DNA of 64,000 nucleotides from Scyliorhinus canicula. Lineage: Eukaryota. The notes beneath the pieces were generated by a model. It saw only the letters and a program-made list of their open reading frames with translations, was not told where the DNA came from and searched no databases. The position numbers and the translations under genes are program-made. Shown in pieces: positions 1 through 12,194 of this stretch (positions within the stretch are counted from its first letter, which is position 1; each line of letters opens with the position of its first letter). The DNA lies in the NCBI RefSeq assembly GCF_902713615.1, contig NC_052175.1:8449941-8513940 (forward strand). Direction: 5' to 3'.

Positions 1-310
1 TGACAGGAACATGTCATCCTGCACTCTAATCAAACTTTCCTTAAGAAACCCCCACATTTCATTAAACAGCTTCTCCCAATCCACATTCCCCAGCTCCTGC
101 CGAATTTTATTATACTTGGCCTTTCCGCAATTTAGCACTATTCCTTTAGGACCACACTTGTCTTTGTCCTTGAGTATTCTAAAACTAACCGAATTGTGAT
201 CGCTTGCCCCAAAGTAATCACCTACTAAAACGTCAACCACCTGTCAGGGATCATTCCCGCATACTAGCTCCAGTATGGCCCCTTCCCGAGTTGGACTATT
301 TACATACTGA
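1..310 (-). mobile_element. CR1 LINE ORF2 fragment (end of endonuclease/linker), runs off the window
   Basis: Minus strand is closely similar to the CR1 segment at 25780-26090 (ggccatactgg...gggaatga, agcgatcacaattc, GKAKYNKI..ELGNVDW). Confidence 0.85.
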
Positions 311-1574
311 TGTCAATGATGAGCTTTAAAAAACACTTCACTTACTGGCTTTTCAGTATGGGATCTGTTCATTCGGTTTTCTGAAATAATAAACGCATTA
401 GTACTTTAAACAATGGACATTAAACAAACGTCCAGTAAAATATAGGTGTTAATCATTAATATTCACCCGATCAGCCACAACATGAATTCCAAATCCAAAT
501 GAGGATGAATATTCTAGACCGGATTATTGACGCACTATCGGCAAAGGATGAACATGCACAATACTGGCAGAGACAAAACAATTAGAAATTGCCGCTGGGT
601 CAAATGATTCCTTATTGGAATATTTCAGAGGAAACATGACCCAATTCTGAACGCAAAGCAGGAAAATCCGTGCTAAAAATTCTCTGAAAGACACCTCACG
701 AACCGATGTCACGGAATCTTCAACAGACTGGTGAGGAATGGAAGGTGGGAGACAAGAGCGAGATACATTCATGTTGTTGTGAAGAGTCTGGTTACAGGAA
801 GCACTGGCAGCATGAGTTGTGAAATTATCTGTACTGAGAGATTGACCTTTTCTGCAGAAATGCTTGATCTTCAATGGCGATGGAGCGGGGGAGTAGAGCT
901 TGCAGCAGATAGCGGGTCTGGCAACCACGAGCTGCATTGGCTGTGAGCACGCCTGTTTGCTGGGAGCGTTAAAAATACCTCACCCACAGCCCATTTGGAG
1001 CTTTGTAAAGCGCATTGAGGTCCGGATATCAGTGCCCGAGATTGTGACCACTCTCTGCTTGAGATGGAAAATGATGTTCGAGCCAAAAGCTCTCTGTGGT
1101 TTTCCTGTTTTTTCAGTTGAGGCGCTTCACCCACAGAACTGCATTCAAAGGTGACACACTGGCAGTCAATGTGAAACAGCCCAGAGTGGATTCAACTAAA
1201 CAAAACACAGACTGATGTACAACCATGCTCATTAACAGTGTTAATTTATGTTATACCGATTCCCTATTTCCCTGCCCTGTCCGGGATTTGAATCAAATTA
1301 ACTGATCCTCAACTTTATTCACAATTGCACAATGCCTTCATATGCGTCTCAGTGGGATCGCACTATGTAATATCGACACACAGAGAACACGGCAACATAG
1401 GAAGGGACATGGGAACAAGCCACCAGTTGTCCTCCTAACCGCACAGTGGCCTGGGACTTTGTCGCCATTCCTTTACTGTCCCTGGATTAAACGCCTGGAG
1501 AAACGAGCCTAAAGGTTGGTGTGCCGACATGTCATGGACCACAGAGTTGAACAAACCAGCCCCTGATCCCTTCC

Positions 1575-1862
1575 AAAAGAAGAATAAAAAAGATATCATC
1601 GGAACAGGTCCTTCGGCCCTCCACGCCTGTTCTGAGCATATGTCCTAACTAAAAAAAACTGCTGCCCTTATTTGTATCCTTCTTTTTCCCCATCTTCATC
1701 TGCCCATCGAGATGCCTCTTAAATGACGTTGATGTGCCTGATTTCACCACATCCTCTCGCCGCGCGTTCAAGGCACACGCCGCTCTCTGCATCATAAACA
1801 TACCCCGCACATCGCCATTAAACATAACTCCTCTCACCTTGAACATATGACCCCTTGTAATT
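1575..1862 (-). mobile_element. CR1 LINE 3' end fragment
   Basis: ORF 1649-1846 FKVRGVMFNGDVRGMF...SFKRHLD matches the CR1 ORF2 C-terminus; tail carries the gaagggcc/tgttcc motif. Confidence 0.85.
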
Positions 1863-2038
1863 GAAATGAAATGAAATTAAAATCGCTTAATGTCACAAGG
1901 AGGCTTCAATGAATTTAGTGTGAAAAGCTCCTTGTCGCCACATTCCGGCGCCTGTTCGGGGAGGCTGGTACGCGAATTGAACCGTGCTACTGGCCTGCCT
2001 TAAAATCCAGCTGTTTAGTCCTGTGCTAAACCAGCCCC
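1863..2038 (-). mobile_element. Short tRNA-derived SINE (ggggctggtttagc family)
   Basis: Reverse complement of the copy at 10382-10570; (tttca)n tail. Confidence 0.85.
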
Positions 2039-3104
2039 ACACGTCCACGCTTGGAAAAAAGACTGACTACACTCTGTCTATTCCTCTCACAATGTAGAGA
2101 CATTTAGGGATGGACAATTAATCCCGCACTGACCAGCGATGATCACATTCTATGAACGAACAAATATAAATTGGTGACCTCTTGCTTTCAACAGAAGATC
2201 AATGTATTTCCAAAAAAGTACATTGGAAAACTTTCATTCACTATCTCTTAATTTCTCTCCTCTAATGTCTTTCCTTACTGCAGCTTCTAATAAATGTACT
2301 CTTTCCGGAGTGTACTGAATTTCCACTGACAATGATTTCCAAATGATTGTAAGGCATATCTTTAGGAAACTGTGTGGGATTGTATTGGGAACGTCGACCA
2401 CCAGAAACCTTTATTCGCAGATTTACGAACAGGTGGCATGCAGGCTAAATTCACTCGAGTATTTTCCCAGTTCACCGTTTAATAATGTTGTCTGCTATTT
2501 TACCTAACGGGTAAATGCTTTTATCTCAACCCTTGCGGAAAGCAAGTCGTTTCTGTTCGAAATTTTGTTTCAAAAGAAGCGACTCAGTCAACATCAGAAT
2601 GTGCGAGATATACAACCCAGTTGACGAGAGGCCCAAGTTTCTGGTCTGTCCCTGATGCTACTCAAAAGTTTGGTTTATTCGATCTGTGAATGATTCGAAA
2701 GCAACGCCCATTTTCATGATCTTGTTGGTGATATTCACTAGAAAAACACATAGAAGGCTGCAGAAGAAAATTATTCTAATTCAGTTGAATTGCTTTTATA
2801 TTTTGGTCCTTGTTTCGGATACTTGGACTAACTGCAAATTACTAGCCCCCCAAACTACAAAAAGGATATTGGCAATGGAGCAAACACGATTTTCAAGAAT
2901 GAGAGCAGGGCCGAAATATCATAAATAACTAGATATAAGGAACAGGCTCGGGATTGTTTCACTGGCGAAGACAAGGCTGAGGGTAGACCTTGCAGATGTC
3001 TCAAATGTTGGATCAGCAACATCATGCCATTGACAATCTTGGATGGATGAACGTGAGTTAATTACTAACTTCAATAATCAACATCGATCCCTGCTGTTAT
3101 TATT

Positions 3105-3364
3105 CCACCCCGCCTCTGAATTACAGCCAATCAGATTGTTGTAAGGTCTTCAGTTTCTTGTCAGTTGTCACAGGCGGTGACGGCAGTGCAAATGAACTTC
3201 ATATTCATCAAGACTCCGCTCACGGAATGGTGTCATGCCTTCCAGAGAACAGATCGTCGTCGTTTCCACCGGATCTGGCCCCTGAGCTCGGGTCAGTCTG
3301 TGGTCACTCCCGCCGCAGTAACAAGCGAGTGAGAGCGAAAACGGTGAGCAGTCCCAGGCTCAAA
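3105..3364 (+). promoter_or_regulatory. Putative promoter/5' UTR of the V-C1 gene
   Basis: GC box ccccgcct (~3107), CCAAT box agccaatcag (~3126), octamer-like gtgcaaat (~3187) and RUNX-like tgtggt (~3299) upstream of ATG 3365. Motif matches only. Confidence 0.4.
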
Positions 3365-3419
3365 ATGGCGACGGAACATTTCCCCCTGATACTCATTTTC
3401 CTGGTGCTGAGTGGTTACG
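3365..3419 (+). CDS. V-C1-TM receptor exon 1, signal peptide MATEHFPLILIFLVLSGY
   Basis: Kozak-like aaaATGG, hydrophobic leader, phase-1 donor G|gtgagt. Confidence 0.9.
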
Positions 3420-3723
3420 GTGAGTAAGCGGCCGTGGGAAATTTAACCGGGATTACCTTCGTTCAGTAAAATGTGAGAATGCGTGTTTCTTGAAATAAAA
3501 CTGTGAACAAGTGATCAGGTGAAAGGATTTCAGCAGATAGTCTCAATGTGTTTACTGCTTCCTCCGAAATCGAAGCAAAAATAAATCGAAGAATAAATCT
3601 CACCAAAAACTTTGTAAAACAAAAATGAGATTATTCTTTAATTACAGCTGAAGCGTTTCAAAGCGGATGTTTCCAATCTCCCAATAATCATTGATACCTA
3701 AACAATAATCTCTCTGGTTACAG

Positions 3724-4050
3724 ACTCCGAGACCACTCTGTCTCACATCATCTTCCCAATGACCGCTGAAGTCGGGCAGGTGGTGGAATTAACCTGTCAG
3801 TACATTTACGAAGTGGAAGTGGTGTCTAGCTATAACTGGTACAAACAAGGAGTGGGTGAAGCCCCGAAATCAATCGACATTTCATCCTGTAACGGGGCGG
3901 ATTGCAAATTCATTTCTAAAAAAGGCAACAGCGAAAATGTACTGATTCTGGAAATCCGCAGTGTCCAGGCGAATGACTCGGGTTCCTACTACTGTGTTGA
4001 AAGTGGTAGCTATGCAGCGCTTCAGAAAGCAGCTACACTACTTGTTGGAG
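3724..4050 (+). CDS. V-C1-TM receptor exon 2, Ig V-set domain with in-exon J-like strand
   Basis: Acceptor ttacag|; LTC...WYKQ...EAPK...D-S-G-S-Y-Y-C; ends AATLLVG with donor G|gtaaga; 327 nt, phase 1-1. Confidence 0.93.
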
Positions 4051-4140
4051 GTAAGAGAACAATTGCAATGAATTCTGATCATGCACGGTATTATCATTTT
4101 GTGTAAATCAATCGTTGACTTTGTCCCAATCTGTGTCCAG

Positions 4141-4470
4141 GCAGTTCCACGAACAAGACCGCGGTGCTAATATTTGTGCCACAGGGTGAGGAGAATTCGA
4201 GTGACACCGTCCCCTTGGTGTGTTTGGTCAGTGGACTTTCTTCTTTCAGGATTTCTATTTTCTGGAGTATTTCCGGGCTGGTCATCGAGGGATCGAGCGA
4301 TCCCAGTACAATGGCGGAGGACGGGACCGACAGCATCACCAGTCAGATCATGGTGTCGATGGCTATGTGGAGAAGCGGCGCTCTCTGTACTTGTATTGTT
4401 CAAACGGGGTCTCCAAACAAAAATTGGACAAAGAGCGTGTTGTTCCCCAAAGCAGCAGGCACGAGGACAG
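4141..4470 (+). CDS. V-C1-TM receptor exon 3, Ig C1-set domain
   Basis: Acceptor gtccag|; VPLVCLVSG...IFW...ITSQIMVSMAMWRSGALCTCIV; donor G|gtgagt; 330 nt, phase 1-1. Confidence 0.93.
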
Positions 4471-5029
4471 GTGAGTTGGCGATCTTCACAATGATGGTTT
4501 GAATTCAAGAAATAATCAATAAGAATGATTAGCTAGAAGCTAAGACTGTGAAGCATGTTAAATAAAAAACAAGGGCTCTCTAATCTTTATCCCAAACTAG
4601 AATCTGGTTTTCCTGCCCGAGGTTATTGAATCTGCATCAACCGCCCATTTTCCGCAGTGGACTTTGGAATGGAGTTGTGGTCAGTTCTCCGCCGGATGGG
4701 CTTCACAAACAGAAACCAGACAAAACTGGAATTTTTTGTCTAAAAACGACTTGTTTTCTGAGACATTCATTTATTTTCTCTGAATCTCATTTTCCAGAAC
4801 ACATCATCCGTGTAATATCTGTTTAGTTGGTTTAATCCTGCTTCCTGAGTCCTACAATGTTTTAGAACATTAAACTCTGGGTCTAATTCTTCACAGAAAT
4901 GTCATTTTCAGAAATTATCCCAAGTGTATCACACAGACTTTACTTGGGCAGGCGAATCAGAGCTTTATTGTCGCAAAGCATTGACAGGGGCAGGGCAATT
5001 ACTAATGCATGCAAAGCTCTCGGCATGAG

Positions 5030-6180
5030 CAATAAGGCAGAAAGACGGATAATAAGGGAGCAGTGATGAACATTAACAAAACTCTGGTTCAGCATCAACT
5101 GGAGTATTACGTCCTATCTTGGCACCAGAATGTCTGGAGAATGTATTCGAGACAGTGCAGAAAGATTCAAAGGAATGGTATCACGGGCGGGAAAATCAAT
5201 TCACGTGCATAACCGATAGTCACTGAAACTGCTCTGCTTGGAGAAGAGAAGTTTGAACAGATCGTGGCGTTTAAAATCAGGAGAGATCTGGGCAGAGTAC
5301 AGAGTGAAAATCTGTACCCCGTCACCTAATGATGGAGGGCCAGGCGACACAAATGTGCTGTGATAGGGAAAGGAATGAACTGCAACATGATGGTGAACCC
5401 TTCTGAACACCGAATGTTCATCATTGGAACACATAGCCTGAGAGTGTGGTTGAAACAGTTCAATCGTGGCGTTCGAAAGGGAATTGGAGAATGGTGAGAA
5501 ATGGAAGAATGTGTAGGCGGAAGAGAAGCGGCAGGCGAGTGGAATTAAGCGGGTTGTTGCTGCAGAGAGGTAGCAGAGAGTTGGTGGGCTGAGTGGCCCT
5601 CTTCTGTGCTGCAATTATTCTCTGATTCAGTAGTTTGGACATGAAAGTGGGAAGATAAATTAATGCTGTAAGACATCGGAAGCATTGAATTTTTTAATTG
5701 AGGAATCGAGTCAAAAAACAAGCGAGAATGTGAAAATGCGTCGGAAAGCAATGGCTGGCCACATTCACAGTATTGTGATCAGCTGCACACAGCTTTTTAG
5801 GGGATGAAGTCACAAGTCAACCGAGAGAACAGAGGAAATTTGTTGGGAACTGGCCTCCAGTTAATGTGGAGAGACTGGAAAATCTTGGACTCTTCTCCAT
5901 ACGGGAGAATGTTAAGAAGAGAAATGATCGAGGCGACGATCAAAACGAGAACGTTTCGATGGAGTAACTAATAGGAACAGTGCACAATGGCAGGGGTGAG
6001 CAAGCAAGGGGACACAGTTTAAACATAATCAGAAACGAAGTGGGGATATGTGGAGAGTGTGATTTACACAGAGTTCTTGTTATCTGGAACACGCGGCAAA
6101 ATCATATTTAATAGTTACTTTCAGAAGGGGCTTTCAGAAATATTTAATGGGGAGCAATGTGCACGTCCATGAGAGAAATT
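5030..6180 (+). mobile_element. Two old, decayed CR1 3' remnants in intron 3
   Basis: Degenerate matches to CR1 C-terminal DNA (actctggttcagcatcaactggagtat, ggagaagagaag, gggctgagtggccct). Confidence 0.6.
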
Positions 6181-6423
6181 TAGATAGAACTTTCAGAGTT
6201 GACACACGGACAGCATCATTCACTGGCTCAGTTTTTCACTATGATATTAGGTGCTGTTTACATCATACAAACTGATGTACTGTAAGTGTGGAACAACACT
6301 GCCATGTCTGTCAGATAATAGATCTCCATGGTCTAACATTGCACACTCGAATACTCTAGCCATTTTCTTATTCGGAGACATTTCTAACACATTGAACATA
6401 ATTACTTCACCAGACGAAATCAA

Positions 6424-6738
6424 AGTAGCACAGTAGTTAGCACAGTTGCTTCACAGCCCCAGGGTACAAGTTTCGGTTCCGGGGTCGCGTCATTGTCTGT
6501 GCGGAATCAGCACGTTCTCCCCGTTTCTGCGTGGGTTTCCTCTGGGTGTTCCGGTTTCTTGCTGCAGTCCAAAGATGTCTGGTTAGGTGTATTGACAATG
6601 CTAAATTGTCCTTCGTGTCCAAAAAGGTTAGGTGGTGTTACTGGGTTATGGGGATAGGGTGAAGGGTGATCTGTCGGCGGGCCGATGAAAACACAAAGGG
6701 CCGAATGGCCTCCTTCTGCACTGTGAATTCTATGATTC
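6424..6738 (+). mobile_element. HE1-like V-SINE, older copy
   Basis: tRNA-like head, conserved gtgggtttcctc..ccggttt core, CR1-like tail. Confidence 0.85.
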
Positions 6739-6897
6739 CATTTCACGTTTTGCTATCAGTTCCACGCGCTTTACTGTCTCCCTTTCACTCCCAAGATTCA
6801 GGTACCGACTTTTTAACTGAGTTCAGTTTCCCAGCAGAGAATCGCAGGAGATAAAGATGTGACAGAGAAGCCGATTCTACGTGTTTTGTCTCTGCAG

Positions 6898-6999
6898 GAT
6901 GGTGCAGTCAGGCCTTTCCCGCTTCCATCGGTGTCCTGGTGGTTCTGGTTCTCTTGTTGATTCTACTTCCTATTTGGATTTGTAAAGACGGCAGATCAG
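6898..6999 (+). CDS. V-C1-TM receptor exon 4, stalk plus transmembrane (GWCSQAFPASIGVLVVLVLLLILLPIWICKDGRS)
   Basis: Acceptor tctgcag|, donor G|gtgagg, 102 nt phase 1-1, about 20 uncharged hydrophobic residues followed by K/R. Confidence 0.88.
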
Positions 7000-7097
7000 G
7001 TGAGGTTCCGGTCCATTAGGGATATTGCCGTGATTGCGTATCCAATTCAATTATCTTCTCTTGATTTTATTTTGCTAATTATAGTTTCTTCTTTCAG

Positions 7098-7128
7098 GAA
7101 AATGGGACCAAAAAAGGCAAAATGAAAA
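7098..7128 (+). CDS. V-C1-TM receptor exon 5, first cytoplasmic exon (GKWDQKRQNE)
   Basis: Acceptor tttcttctttcag|, donor |gtaagt, open in phase 1 and ends in phase 2; homologous short exon at 60049-60076. Confidence 0.75.
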
Positions 7129-7839
7129 GTAAGTAACTGAGCCATTAGTAAACTACATCTCGGCACTGTATTCGCATTTAGTATTGTGTGAAATCCAGTT
7201 CAAACCCAACTCTGATTTCAATGTTTCATGTTGATGTTCTGTTCGATATATGAAGATGAATGTAAAAGAGCTGTACAATTAGTTATTTTATCAGCTATTT
7301 CTGGGACCTGAGCCAGGATCTGCCTGAACTAACACTTTATTAATACGTCTTGTCCTTGTTCAGTTTTAGTTTGAGAGAGACAACACAAAGAGGAAGACGG
7401 AAAGAGCGACAAACGGGTAAGTTCCATTGAAACATTGACACAGATTGAATATCAAATGGCGGGAATTCACAGTTTGTAAAGTGGACTTCCCGCCATCAAA
7501 ATATACTTCAATCATCTCATTCTTGTTGGTGCCAGAAAACGGCTTATTACTGATTATTGAATCTGCCGGTAATATACGAGGTGGGAAATGGACAGGAGAC
7601 ACCGGGGCTTGGCCACCATTGGCGAATTGGGCTCCATTAACGGTTTGTCTGACAATTGATGCATTCAGGGGCCGTTTATGTATTGGGGGAGCACTGGCCT
7701 ATTTATAAAGCTTTGGCATTGACTCCCATTGACGATAAGGGTCAATTGATGCGTTGAGGCCATTGGCTCATTGATTCGTCATTGACTTCGCCTGTCTCCA
7801 GCTGAATATCTAATTCATTTTGCATTATTTAATACCTAG

Positions 7840-7889
7840 GCGACCACTGCCAAGCACAGACACAGAGATCACACGACGGTGCGTTACGG
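7840..7889 (+). CDS. Candidate cytoplasmic exon 6 (KRPLPSTDTEITRRCVT)
   Basis: Acceptor atacctag|, strong donor g|gtaagt, open in phase 2; no homology support. Confidence 0.4.
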
Positions 7890-9100
7890 GTAAGTGCAAT
7901 TAATATGTTGTCACGTGCCCAGATAATTGCTGATTTTTGGAATAACGTGCAACCCATCCTACGCTAGAGGTTTCATGCGTTTGGCAAGGCATATTCCAGA
8001 ATACATTCACTTGTTTCAAATCAAACTCGTCGCTTTCACTAAAATCAGAATATTTTCCTGTGCGGGGCAGAAGTGGGGGAGAGAGTGGGTCGTCTTGGGA
8101 CTGGGGAGCAGGAAGCTCTCGGTATCCAGTTGTGACATCAAATCCCTCAACAAACATCCAAAATAAATACATTCGCTGGGCCTTTATTAAATGGCTGTTC
8201 TGGGAACCCTATTGATTCGGAACGGGCTGCGAATTTCTTACATTGAAAGATTTGACAAGAATTTTTAAAAGTTGCTGTCAAACGACAGGGGGCTTGAAGA
8301 GCTGTGAAAGGCGCAAAATAAGAGCAGTGTGGATTGTGCTACCTGATTTGGTGCTTGAGGGTGAAACATTCCACAAGGTGCCTGGATCTTCAGTTAAACT
8401 ACTGGAATGTTTAAAGCAACGGATCGGGAGATGGGCAGTGTAATAAGAATGGGCAGCGTGATTTATACTTCAAGTTATTTTATTTAGGCACTGACAACAT
8501 GGTCTGAATGGCCTCTGGATGTGCACCCCCGCCCCTCTTCTCTGCGTTTCTTCGGTGTAAGTCTCTTCATTGTGTCTGTGTTTCTGCCAATATGCATTTA
8601 TCTGCAGGACCTTTTTGATAACAGACGGGGTAACATGATCATTAGATTCGCTCTTTAACAATAAATATATGGAATAACAATAACAGTTACACCGCTCCAG
8701 TTGTCTGGTTATAGCATTGACGATGTCTGCTTTAATTTTCTTTCCAATTCACGACTCCATCACAGATCATTTGTGCAGACAATTATTGCAGATAAATATT
8801 ATGCAGCACCCTCGCAGATAGATATACATGGCACTGGAAGAAGATTCAACAGTGGTTTTTAAAAAGGAATCTGTAGAATGTTTGGAGGAGAATTGTTAAT
8901 GATATCGGGAATGTTAAACTGAGGATTGCGCTAAACGACTAGCACTTTCAAGGAGCCAATACGGATTGAATGGACCGAATGGTATCCTTCTTAGTTGTCT
9001 CGTTCTGTCAGTTCATTGAAGTCGAATTCATTTAGGAATACTTTGACATCTATGTTAACTATTTTTGAATGTCAATGCTTCATAAATTCCCCAGTCTCAG

Positions 9101-9287
9101 GGCGGACCTCTCTACGCCTCCTTGGATTTGGCCGCATTGGAAAAGAGATCAAAAAAGAAGGCAGTCCGCATATGATAACCTGGACGGCTTTTCCTTGATA
9201 AATAATGGAGGAGACAGAATATACCGAACAACCCTAAGCCTTGTGGAAGTAAACAGAAAGCCAAGGAGACTTCTATCAAGCAGCTAA
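9101..9287 (+). CDS. Candidate terminal cytoplasmic exon with ITIM-like SAYDNL
   Basis: Acceptor ccccagtctcag| gives the phase-2 entry needed by exon 5; frame of ORF 9069-9287. Polypyrimidine tract is weak. Confidence 0.35.
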
Positions 9288-9639
9288 ACTCTCCCCGTGC
9301 ATCGCGCTGAACACATTTGATCAGAATAGCAGATCATGTGTTTAGAATCATTTGTGGTAATCAATGTAACCGTGTCGCTAAGATATGGCAGAATTAGAGA
9401 GAAAAGTCAAGTCACAGTGAGATATCACTGATGGTTCTATAGTTACAGTTACATTTTATTTCAAATGTCGATATGTAAATATAAATAAATTAATCGACCA
9501 TTAAACAATGTTGCAATACGTCCAATAATTGACAAAATGTCACCTGCGTTTTCTGTTGAGTTGAAAATGTCAGTTCAGGTTTCAGATGTGTTTCACGGGC
9601 TGAGATGTGAATTAGGGAAAGTGATCAAAGTCACAATAG

Positions 9640-9785
9640 CCCCAGATGACCATAGTTCACCTTTGAGTGGGAGAGCTGACTGCTGGTGTTAACCTGAGGA
9701 TTGCCACACCTCATGCGAGCGACAAAGGTGCAGGAGGCTGGACCATCATGAATAACCTCACTCGGTACGGGAGTTTAACTTGGTG
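9640..9785 (-). mobile_element. Old SINE-like remnant
   Basis: Resembles the reverse complement of a tRNA-headed shark SINE body (ccagatgaccatag, ttaacctgagga, aataacctca..cggtacggga); recognised from recall only. Confidence 0.45.
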
Positions 9786-10381
9786 AACAAACTGTTGAGT
9801 CAGGTGGTCTTAAAGGGCCCTTAACAGCCAGAGACGGATGTGGGGAGTGATGTTTGAAATTTCCCATGATTCCATCTCTCCTTTAAACAGGAAGTATTGA
9901 TTGAAACCAACATGTCAGTGGTGGAAGATGAGGAGAGAATGTGTAAAAAGATGGGGTGCATTTGGAACTACGCCCTCTACAAGTGGTAGATTACCTCGCT
10001 TAGTCAGGACCAGTTCTGAGCTAATTATTAGAAATTCAGTCTATCATCTTAGCGACATGGCCTCATTCCATCTCGATGGACACTCGTCTTGTTCTGTCTA
10101 GATATTCCAATTTATATCTCCATTCTGATTCCTCCGGATGAGCAGATACAAACACTGAGTCACAACAAAGATATCTTTCGATATAAATAAACTCTTTCAA
10201 TATCAATCTCACAGAAATTACCCAACCAATCTCTTGGCGATTGAAATGAACGTGTAACAGTATTCTAATTGTTAATGTGAATTTAGATAGTGCAGCAGGA
10301 GAAGAGGGGACGAATGACCAGTTGTTTGCTGGAAATTGCCTTGCGATTTTGCGAATTATGTAGAGGATTAGAAATAATCCA

Positions 10382-10570
10382 GGGGCTGGTTTAGCTCACT
10401 GGGCTAAATCGCTGGCTTTTAAAGCAGACCAAGCAGGCCAGCAGCACGGTTCGATTCCCATACCAGCCTCCCCGGACAGGCGCCGGAATGTGGCGACTAG
10501 GGGCTTTTCACAGTAACTTCATTGAAACCTACTCGTGACAATAAGCGATTTTCATTTCATTTCATTTCAT
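10382..10570 (+). mobile_element. Short tRNA-derived SINE (ggggctggtttagc family)
   Basis: A/B-box-like head (tagctcactgg; ggttcgattcc), (tttca)n tail; further copies at 1863 and 46920. Confidence 0.88.
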
Positions 10571-11369
10571 AATCGCGTTTAATTTCCCACACAAAATTGT
10601 ACAATTGTATTTGGTTCACATCCGGTATAGCAGTAAAAACAGTTCAAAAGAGTAAATATTGCCTGTATGCTACCATTCAAAGTTTTGCGAATATATATCC
10701 TGCATTCATACCACACACGCATAACACATTTCACTAAATATACATGAAAAACAGCAAGTTAAATTAACAGTATGTTATTCAGTGCTCATGGTACTGGAAC
10801 AAAATACCTCCTGGGCCGATTGTCACACGCAACAGGCATAATAAAGCACTGCGAAAAGAGTGAGAGGGACGACCGGTCATGGTCTGAACTTTCCTCTGAG
10901 CTCCTTTGTGAAACGAATTATTGAGCTGCGTCTGCTGTCTACCAACGGTTTTATCTGAAGTGTTGACAATTCTGGCGAGCTTACCTTGGTTGTTCACACT
11001 GAGGTAATCACACCAGAATGCGATGTTGACTGTTAAAATACAGTCTACCAGACCTTTGTATACCTTCTCTGAAGTATTATGAATCATTCCAAACACTGTT
11101 AGTTTCTAATTAAACACAAACACTGACTAACCTCACTCCCCCACGCTCACACCACTGACACACACCGCTCTTCCGCTCAAACAGAACAAGTTTTTCTGTA
11201 CAGCCCGTAAGGGCAGACACGTCTTTACGATTTAATACCTCAGACCAATATTGTAGAATAATGATAAGGGAGTGATTTCCAAAAAGGTTGACGATATCAA
11301 TTGCCCTCCTCCTGAAGTGGACAGTTCTGAATGAGGAATTAAGAGGCCTGATCCGTGAAAGAGCCGCTG

Positions 11370-12190
11370 AAGCGCACTGTATGTTCCCTCCCTGCATTAG
11401 ACCTTACAAAATGCATTACCTCACATTTGTCCGGATAAAACTCTATCTGCCATCTCGCCGCCCAAGTCTCCAACTGATCTAAACCTTGGTGTTTCCTCTG
11501 ACAGTCGTCATCGCTATCCGCAATTTCACCAAATTTTGTGCATTCTGCAAACTTACTAATCAGACCAGTTCCATTTTCCTCCAAATCATTATGTACACTA
11601 TGAACAGCAAAGGACCCAGCACTGATCCCTGCGTAGCAACACTAGTCACGGCCCTCCAATCGGAAAAACGCCCTTCCATTGCTATTCTCTGCCTTCTATG
11701 ACCGAGCCAGTTCTGTATCCATCTTGCCAGCTCTACCCTGATCCCGTGTGACCTCACCTTTTGTACCAGTCTGCCATGAGGGACATTGTCAGAGGTCTTT
11801 CTGAAGTGCGTGTAGAAAACATCCACTGCCCTGCCTGCATCAATCAGCATTGTAACGTCCTCGAAAAACTCCATCAAGTTAGTGAGTCACGACCTCCCCT
11901 TCACTAAACAATGCTTCCTCTCGCTAATACGTCCATTTGCTTCCAAATGGGAGTAGATTATGTCTCGAATAATTCTCTCCAGAAATTCTTCTACCACTGA
12001 CGAAAGGCTCTCCGGCCTGTATTTCCCTGGATTATACTTGCTATCATTCTTAAACAAAGGATGAACTTTGTCTATTCTCCAGTCCACTGGGACATCACCG
12101 GGACAGTGAAGATCAAAAGATTTGTCTCAAGGCATCAGCAATTTCCTCTCTTGCATGCTTCAGTATTCGTGGGTAGATCCCAGCAGGCCC
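11370..12190 (-). mobile_element. CR1 LINE reverse transcriptase fragment
   Basis: DWRIDKVHPLFK..PGKYRP, DFRKTSDNVPHGRL, QGSVLGPLLF, KFAD-like motifs in broken ORFs. Confidence 0.92.
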
Positions 12191-12194
12191 TGTG

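Noticed and set aside
524-1154. Overlapping ORFs of 71-137 aa
   Set aside because: No recognisable domain or consistent splice structure; probably decayed repeat or intergenic DNA.
7700-7795. Cluster of cattga(c) motifs resembling CRE-like enhancer repeats
   Set aside because: Short and irregular; more likely a decayed MITE fragment or chance.
8608-8629. 22-nt micro-exon candidate that would restore phase after exon 6
   Set aside because: Contains two consecutive stops (tga taa) in the required frame.
9891-9989. Good acceptor followed by an open frame EVLIETNMSVVEDEERMCKK...
   Set aside because: Phase 0 does not fit exon 5 or exon 6, and there is no homology support.
10779-11096. ORF with YKGLVDC, resembling a mitochondrial-carrier motif, and a strong minus-strand donor near 10983
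   Set aside because: Only 7 residues match, with no PxD/ExxK motif or partner exons.
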